The position numbers were made by a program, and so were the translations under genes. A stretch of DNA of 33,448 nucleotides, taken from the NCBI GenBank assembly GCA_046581755.1, contig JAYGFR010000145.1:1-33448 (forward strand). The letters run 5' to 3'. The DNA is from Nitrospinota bacterium. GTDB lineage: Bacteria > UBA8248. Position 1 is the first letter of the stretch. Each line of letters opens with the position of its first letter. Below, in pieces: positions 27,956-33,448 of this stretch. Below the pieces are notes generated by a model. It worked only from the letters and a program-made list of their open reading frames with translations. It ran no database searches and was not told the origin of the DNA.

Positions 27956-28973
27956 CAGTCTCCGATCCTTTTTCGGCGCCAAAATCGCCATGGATCTCGG
28001 AACAGCCAACACGCTGATTTACACCAAGGACCAGGGAATCGTCCTGGACGAACCCTCCGTTGTCGCCCTGAACACGAACAACGGCGGGGCCGTTCTCGCC
28101 GTCGGCAAACGGGCCAAGGAGATGTACGGCCGGACCCCCGAGAGCATAAAAACCGTACGCCCCATGAAAGACGGGGTCATCGCGGATTTCGACGTGACCA
28201 AGGCCATGATCCGGCATTTCATCGGCACCGTGATTCCCAAAAAACGGCTCAGCCAGCCCACCATGATGGTATGCGTCCCCTCGGGCATCACCAGCGTCGA
28301 GATGAAAGCCGTTATCGACTCTTCGCTCCAGTGCGGCGCCGGAAAAGTCCATCTCATCGAAGAGCCCATGGCGGCGGCCATCGGAAGCAAATTGCCGATT
28401 CACGAAGTTTCCGCGTCCATGGTCATCGACATCGGCGGAGGAACCACCGAGGTGGCCGTAATCTCTCAGTTCGCCATCGCCTACTCGGAATCCCTGCGCG
28501 TCGCCGGGGACGAAATGGACGACTGCATCCAGCGCTATGTCCGCCGCAAACATGGATTGTCCATCGGGTCCTTCGAGGCCGAGCGCATCAAGATCGAAAT
28601 CGGGTCGGCCTCGGAATTGTCCGAGCCGATGGAATGCGATGCATCCGGGATCGACGTCGCGACCGGCATCCCGCGTTCGGTCACGCTGACCGACACCATG
28701 ATCCGCGAGCCGCTGGACAGCCCCGTCAGGGCCATCGTGGAGTCGATTCGAAAGGCGCTTTCGAAGTCGAGCCCGGAGCTGGCCTCGGACATCAGGCGGC
28801 GGGGCATGGTCCTCGCGGGAGGCGGCTCACTGCTCAAGGGTCTCGGCTCCAGGCTCCACGCCGAAACCAATTTGCCCATTTTCCGGGCCAAGGATCCGCT
28901 GACCGCCATCGTCCGCGGAACCGGATATGTACTCGATAATTTGGCGGACCTGAAGAAGGTCTGTCTGAATTAA
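27942..28973 (+). CDS. mreB: MreB/Mbl-family actin homologue, orphan (no mreCD)
   Basis: Motifs MDLGTANTL, EPSVVA, RPMKDGVIADF, IEEPMAAAIG, DIGGGTTEVA, AERIKIEIG, PELASDI and LAGGG; N-terminal amphipathic LNSLRSFF. Confidence 0.93.
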   Translation: MLSLNSLRSFFGAKIAMDLGTANTLIYTKDQGIVLDEPSVVALNTNNGGAVLAVGKRAKEMYGRTPESIKTVRPMKDGVIADFDVTKAMIRHFIGTVIPKKRLSQPTMMVCVPSGITSVEMKAVIDSSLQCGAGKVHLIEEPMAAAIGSKLPIHEVSASMVIDIGGGTTEVAVISQFAIAYSESLRVAGDEMDDCIQRYVRRKHGLSIGSFEAERIKIEIGSASELSEPMECDASGIDVATGIPRSVTLTDTMIREPLDSPVRAIVESIRKALSKSSPELASDIRRRGMVLAGGGSLLKGLGSRLHAETNLPIFRAKDPLTAIVRGTGYVLDNLADLKKVCLN

Positions 28974-28995
28974 AGGAAATCAAAGCCCCCCACAA

Positions 28996-29046
28996 GCCGA
29001 GGGCCCATCCCCCTGCATTTTCTTGGGCCCTCGGCCCTTCCTTTTC
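28996..29046 (+). terminator. Hairpin after mreB, probable terminator
   Basis: Perfect 12-bp stem GCCGAGGGCCCA (28996-29007) / TGGGCCCTCGGC (29024-29035), followed by the pyrimidine tract CCTTCCTTTTC. Confidence 0.55.
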
Positions 29047-29175
29047 CGGGAAGCCGATTCGGAAATCATTTCCCTCTCCGGGCCGATGCGCTAGAATACA
29101 TTTGTTTGATCGTGCGCTCCGGTTCAATCTATTCGGACCGGAAACTCCAATAATTTCAACGAGGAAGGAAACCCA

Positions 29176-29442
29176 ATGGCCTTCACTGCCAAAGGCGATT
29201 CGATTCAGCTCGAAGCCTCTATCGAGGATATCAAGCTGGTGTACAGGACGCTCCACCGCTACCTGCGGGATCATTTGGAGCTGATGGACTGCCCCCTCTT
29301 CGACGATCTCCAAAGCGCCCTGCAGGAAAAAGCCCAGGCCGAGGGAGTCGATATCGGCCATCACAGCGCATGGGATTTATGGCTGGGGAATACGGACGCG
29401 GTTCCCTGCGAGGAGCGGGTAACGAAAAGAGAGGTGCTCTGA
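29176..29442 (+). CDS. Small hypothetical protein (88 aa)
   Basis: RBS GAGGAAGG before the ATG, upstream TAGAAT, helical protein-like sequence ending ..GVDIGHHSAWDLWLG.. No family recognised. Confidence 0.8.
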   Translation: MAFTAKGDSIQLEASIEDIKLVYRTLHRYLRDHLELMDCPLFDDLQSALQEKAQAEGVDIGHHSAWDLWLGNTDAVPCEERVTKREVL

Positions 29443-29461
29443 GGCCGCCCGGCAGGGCGGG

Positions 29462-30412
29462 TCAACCGAAAGTGGGCACGTCGAAATCGTCCGCCTGGAT
29501 ACCGCGCAGGATGTGTCCATCCAGATACCACTTGATGGCCCGCACCTCCCGCTCGTTGCACAAAATCAGCGCCAGCGCCATCCGAGACCACTCGGAGCGG
29601 AGTTCCCGCTTGCCGGCGATCAAAACGCCCCGGCACCCGTTCAGCCAAACGGGGCCGAAGCGAATCGGCTCCCCCATCCCCTTGGACAGCAAGGCCAGTT
29701 CGGTGGCCACGAAATCCCTGCCGGTGGTTCTCTCCGACTCCAGGACCATTTCGGCGTCTTTCCACAAAAGCTGCTGAAGCAGGGCCGCGTCTTTCATCTG
29801 GAAGGCCTCGAGAAAACGCGAATACACCTTCGCCGTTTTTTCATTCTCCTGAAGCAGGCCAAAAGGAACCGTCGAACCCCACCGCTTGCGGACGGCGGCG
29901 CATCGCTTTTTGACCTCCTCGGCGATGACGCTTATTTCCTGAACCGTGAGATGAAGCGCCTCGGCGGCCATTCGGGAGCTGTCTTCGAACCCGTCGTCAA
30001 GGACAACGACCGCCCGCTGAGCGGGGTCCAAATACTGGAGCGGAAAAAGAAAACCGAGCGCCGCGCCCGGCCACTTTACATCCCCATCGACGGCGACCGA
30101 ATCCGGATCGGCGCCGGGTCCGGTCGTTTGCACCAAATCGGGCAGATCGAAATCATCGATGGAGACGGGCCTGCGCTGCTCCAAAAGAGGCACCGCCGCT
30201 TCGGTCGCCGCGATGTGAAGCCACTCGAAATGATCCGCCACGTTTTCAAGAGAAGAACCCATCTCGACCGCGCGAAGCATCGTCTCCTGGACGACATCCT
30301 CGGCATCGAGAATGCTTCCGGTCATCCGGTAGGCATGCCGCCGGAGCGCTCCCCAATATTGTACCGTGAATTTTTCTGGATCGATCACAGGCAACCCTTC
30401 TCCCGGATCCAT
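29462..30412 (-). CDS. ECF sigma-70-like protein with a C-terminal SnoaL-like extension, degenerate
   Basis: Region 2: LRRHAYRMTGSILDAEDVVQETMLRA. Region-4 start: LQYLDPAQRAVVVL. Tail: RFLEAFQMKDAALLQQLLWKDAEM..GRDFVA..LNG. Confidence 0.75.
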   Translation of the reverse strand: MDPGEGLPVIDPEKFTVQYWGALRRHAYRMTGSILDAEDVVQETMLRAVEMGSSLENVADHFEWLHIAATEAAVPLLEQRRPVSIDDFDLPDLVQTTGPGADPDSVAVDGDVKWPGAALGFLFPLQYLDPAQRAVVVLDDGFEDSSRMAAEALHLTVQEISVIAEEVKKRCAAVRKRWGSTVPFGLLQENEKTAKVYSRFLEAFQMKDAALLQQLLWKDAEMVLESERTTGRDFVATELALLSKGMGEPIRFGPVWLNGCRGVLIAGKRELRSEWSRMALALILCNEREVRAIKWYLDGHILRGIQADDFDVPTFG

Positions 30413-30452
30413 TCAAACCGGAAAAATGCCATCTCCCCGCAAACCATCAGAC

Positions 30453-31115
30453 TCATGCCGCGGCGAACATCTCGCGCAGGTCAGGGGCAACCCGGAGCGG
30501 CGCTCCGGTCTTTTCGGCGACTTCATCCGCGCCAACCCCCGGCGCCACCTCGCGGAGCACAAGACCGTCCTCCTCGACCGAAATCAAGGCCAGCTCGGTC
30601 ACGATCAGATCGACGACCCCTTTTCCCGTCAGTGGAAACGTGCATTCGTTTAAAATCTTGGGCTCTCCGTTCCGGGAGCAGTGCCCCATTGTGATGATGA
30701 CCTGCTTGGCGCCCACCACGAGGTCCATGGCGCCCCCCATTCCGGAAATCATCTTTCCCGGCACCGCCCAGTTTGCCAGGTCGCCGTTCGCCGCCACCTG
30801 CATGGCGCCCAGAATCGTAATGTCGATATGCCCGCCGCGCACCATCGAAAACGAGGTGGGACTATCGAAAAAGGAAGCGCCCGGGAGGATCGTCACCGTC
30901 TCTTTGCTCGCGTTCAGGAGATCGGGGTCTTCATCCCCCTCGAGCGGAAACGGTCCCACGCCGAGAATTCCGTTTTCGGAATGGATTGTCACGCCATGCC
31001 CGGGCGGAATGAAGTTGCTCACGAGGGTGGGAATCCCGAGGCCCAGATTCACGTAGGCGCCCCGGGACACCTCCTGTGCTGCGCGGCGCGCGATTTCTTC
31101 TCTCTTTAAAGCCAT
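30453..31115 (-). CDS. scoB: 3-oxoacid CoA-transferase subunit B
   Basis: Motifs [13 protein letters not shown] (catalytic Glu), [20 protein letters not shown] and CTFPLTG. Confidence 0.93.
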   Translation of the reverse strand: MALKREEIARRAAQEVSRGAYVNLGLGIPTLVSNFIPPGHGVTIHSENGILGVGPFPLEGDEDPDLLNASKETVTILPGASFFDSPTSFSMVRGGHIDITILGAMQVAANGDLANWAVPGKMISGMGGAMDLVVGAKQVIITMGHCSRNGEPKILNECTFPLTGKGVVDLIVTELALISVEEDGLVLREVAPGVGADEVAEKTGAPLRVAPDLREMFAAA

Positions 31116-31136
31116 TGCAATCTCCGGATACTTTTT

Positions 31137-31847
31137 TTATACGCTGCCGGGGGACCGGGTCGTTCGAATTTCGATCGGCTTGTCCGCCACCTCGCCGACC
31201 ACCAGGCGGTTAACGAAAATGCCGGGCGTATGAATATGCTCGGGATCGAGCTCGCCGGCGGGCACGATCTCCTCCACTTCGGCGATGGTCACTTTCGACG
31301 CAGTCGCCATCGCGGGGTTGAAATTCCGGGCGCTCATTTGATAGACGAGGTTTCCGGCCTCGTCCGCCTTCCAGGCCCGGATCAGGGAATAATCGCCCTG
31401 GATGGGCTCTTCGAGAATATATTCGCGGCCATTGATCATTCGCGACTCCTTCCCCTCGGCCACCACCGTTCCGGCCCCGGTCGGGGTGAAAAACCCGCCG
31501 ATCCCGGCGCCTCCGGCGCGGATCCGCTCGGCGAATGTGCCCTGGGGAATGAGCTCGATTTCGATCTCCTTGTTCAAAACCTGTTCCTCGTAGGCCTTGC
31601 AGGCCGGACCCACGCGCGTGGCAATGATGCTGCTGACCTTCTTCGATTCGAAAAGAAGGGCAGCCCCCCAGCCGTTCATCCCGCCCGCGTTGCTGACGAT
31701 TCGATAACCTCCGGCGCCGGGCCGCTCGCTCAGCGCCTTGCACAAATTATGCGGCATCCCGCAAATGCCGAATCCGCCGATGAGAATCGTTGCGCCGTCC
31801 GGAATGTCCCCGACCGCGTTCAGAGAGCTGTCATAAATTTCTGCCAT
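31137..31847 (-). CDS. scoA: 3-oxoacid CoA-transferase subunit A
   Basis: Motifs IGGFG, PQGTFAERIRAGGAGIGGF, KADEAGNL, SARNFNP and IHTPGIFV. Start ATG 31847. Confidence 0.93.
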   Translation of the reverse strand: MAEIYDSSLNAVGDIPDGATILIGGFGICGMPHNLCKALSERPGAGGYRIVSNAGGMNGWGAALLFESKKVSSIIATRVGPACKAYEEQVLNKEIEIELIPQGTFAERIRAGGAGIGGFFTPTGAGTVVAEGKESRMINGREYILEEPIQGDYSLIRAWKADEAGNLVYQMSARNFNPAMATASKVTIAEVEEIVPAGELDPEHIHTPGIFVNRLVVGEVADKPIEIRTTRSPGSV

Positions 31848-31901
31848 CAATTTTCCGCCTGAAATGGGTATGCCAACCAAGTGCCGGGGGACATCGAGAG
31901 A

Positions 31902-33448
31902 TCAAATAACCAGTCGGACCCCACCCAGCTCGGCCTGGCTGTACACCAGCTTTCCGCCGGGGGATCCGATGAACATGAGGTTCGCAGGAATGTTCCATCT
32001 CTCGGATAAATCCTGGATGAGGTCGGGGCCGAATTCCGCCTCGACAATCACAAAGTCGATATCGATATGCGGATAGGTTTCCGCTAAAAATTTCAAATCG
32101 TTCTTGAGTTTATCGGGAACTTCCTTTTTTTCTTTCACCACCGTGACGATTTTGATCCGGTTGGTGTGCTCGTTATCCCGGACATAGAGAATGGCGCTGT
32201 TGAGGTTCGCTACGTTGTCTCCACGGGTGAAAAAAACCACCTGCTGCGAATTGATGACGTCGATCTTCTCGCGAATGGTGTCGGTGACACCGCCCAGAAA
32301 ATGATACATCGTCGCGCTGGCGATCCGGACGAGAAACAGGCAGCCCTTGAGAAGGGTGATTCGCGTGAGCATGATCGTGATGATCATCATCGATGGGATA
32401 AAGTAGTTGAAGAACACCCGAAGGTAGGGCGGATTCATGATCGCGTTCCCGACAAGAGCGATTAAAACGGCGACGATCCCTACGATGACCTTGGTCCAAC
32501 CGGCGCGTGAGGGCCGGGGCAGGCGGTCCCGCTTGACCTTCAGGAGAATATTGCCCAGGCCGAACAGCGCCATGACCGAAAGGAACGAAAGCGTATACAC
32601 GCCGGCGAGCGCTTTCAGCTCGCCCTTGGTGATCAGCAAAACCGAAACCGCCAAGAAAAAGAACGCGATGATAATTCGATGAAACGATCCGCGCCGGTTG
32701 CTTTTGAGAAGAAACTGGGGCAGGCACCGGTCCAGCGTCATCCGGAGAATCAAGCCGTTCACGCCGACGTAGCTGGTCAACACGGCCCCGCTGAGGACAA
32801 GCGCCGCGTCGATGCTGATCAGCCAGGACAACCACGGTCCGCCCGATATCATGCCCATATAGGAAAGCAGCGCCACCTGGTGCGGTTCGACCTGGGCGAT
32901 GGGCAGCAGCGCCAGCGCCAGCAGCGCCATGGCGGGGTTGAAAATCGCGACGGCCACCCACATGTTCCGGAGGGTTTTCGGAAACACCCCGTCGGCCTGT
33001 TCTTCGACGAAATTGGCCGAGCTCTCGAATCCGGATACGCCCAGCATCGCCGCCGCGAACCCGAACAGCAGGGCTGTCCCCAGTCCACCGGGCGCCGGAG
33101 TTTGAAGGTTGGCGAAAAGAGTGCCCAATCCGTTCGTCAGCAAATACCCACCACCGACGACAATCAAAAGGATCAGCGAGCAGATATGAACGATGAAAAT
33201 ACCCACCGCCACCACCGCCGATTCGGTGATGCCGATGATGGTCAGAAGCATGAATAAGGCCAGAAGCCCGACCGTCGCATACATGACCGGCAGGCCGCTC
33301 CAGAGCGATTGAACATAGTGCATGGCTTCGCTCGCCGAGATGACCGCCGTCGCCATATAGGAAAGGATGGTCAGGCACGCCGCGATCGAGGCGCGCGATT
33401 TGCTGGTGGTGTTCAGGAGCGCGTTGTAGGCCCCGCCGTTCAGCGGCA
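31902..33448 (-). CDS. APC-superfamily permease with a C-terminal soluble domain (5' end outside the window)
   Basis: The frame stays open to the window edge (..PLNGGAYNALLNTTSK..). Many TM segments, GVSGFESSANFVEEQ, and an alpha/beta C-terminal tail of about 120 aa. Confidence 0.88.
   Translation of the reverse strand, partial: PLNGGAYNALLNTTSKSRASIAACLTILSYMATAVISASEAMHYVQSLWSGLPVMYATVGLLALFMLLTIIGITESAVVAVGIFIVHICSLILLIVVGGGYLLTNGLGTLFANLQTPAPGGLGTALLFGFAAAMLGVSGFESSANFVEEQADGVFPKTLRNMWVAVAIFNPAMALLALALLPIAQVEPHQVALLSYMGMISGGPWLSWLISIDAALVLSGAVLTSYVGVNGLILRMTLDRCLPQFLLKSNRRGSFHRIIIAFFFLAVSVLLITKGELKALAGVYTLSFLSVMALFGLGNILLKVKRDRLPRPSRAGWTKVIVGIVAVLIALVGNAIMNPPYLRVFFNYFIPSMMIITIMLTRITLLKGCLFLVRIASATMYHFLGGVTDTIREKIDVINSQQVVFFTRGDNVANLNSAILYVRDNEHTNRIKIVTVVKEKKEVPDKLKNDLKFLAETYPHIDIDFVIVEAEFGPDLIQDLSERWNIPANLMFIGSPGGKLVYSQAELGGVRLVI

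Noticed and set aside
27942..28973. MamK, ParM or other specialised actin
   Set aside because: The motifs are typical MreB (DLGTANT, RPMKDGVIADF, EEPMAAAIG), and there are no magnetosome or plasmid genes nearby.
21658..33378. Long overlapping ORFs such as 21658..23025(-), 29513..30694(+) and 32173..33378(-), and similar ones elsewhere
   Set aside because: Shadow or alternative frames of well-supported genes, expected in high-GC DNA, with no motifs.
1..33448. CRISPR arrays, tRNA/rRNA, IS elements, prophage or defence genes
   Set aside because: I saw no regularly spaced repeats, RNA-gene signatures, transposase, integrase or nuclease motifs; short or divergent RNAs could be missed by eye.

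Overview
GC-rich bacterial chromosomal window of about 27 genes, mostly housekeeping. I found no rRNA, tRNA, CRISPR array, transposase or integrase. Left to right: tolR (partial) and tolQ on the minus strand; a plus-strand operon M20 amidohydrolase / TPR-lytic transglycosylase / anmK / ArgE-DapE-like M20; an AT-richer decaying block (about 7.1-9.9 kb) with two broken stand-alone cNMP-binding genes and a broken GT-C/Wzy-like membrane gene; a minus-strand run of a hypothetical gene, nagA, a D-aminoacylase and a 1136-aa membrane-anchored acidic-tether TPR protein; a signal-less orphan TRAP DctP and a broken RCK-gated K+ channel; bioD, tusA-like and MFS genes; class I aldolase, class I FBPase, OmpA/MotB-like lipoprotein, MBL hydrolase and Nudix; a GAF-GAF-degenerate GGDEF gene overlapping an orphan mreB; a small hypothetical gene; and a minus-strand run of APC permease (partial), scoA, scoB and a degenerate ECF sigma with a SnoaL-like tail. 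The best candidates for undescribed biology are the pseudo-diguanylate-cyclase/MreB pair, the acidic-tether TPR protein, the degenerate sigma factor, the signal-less DctP, and the dead channel that keeps an internal start for a soluble RCK subunit. All family calls come from reading motifs by eye, not from database searches.
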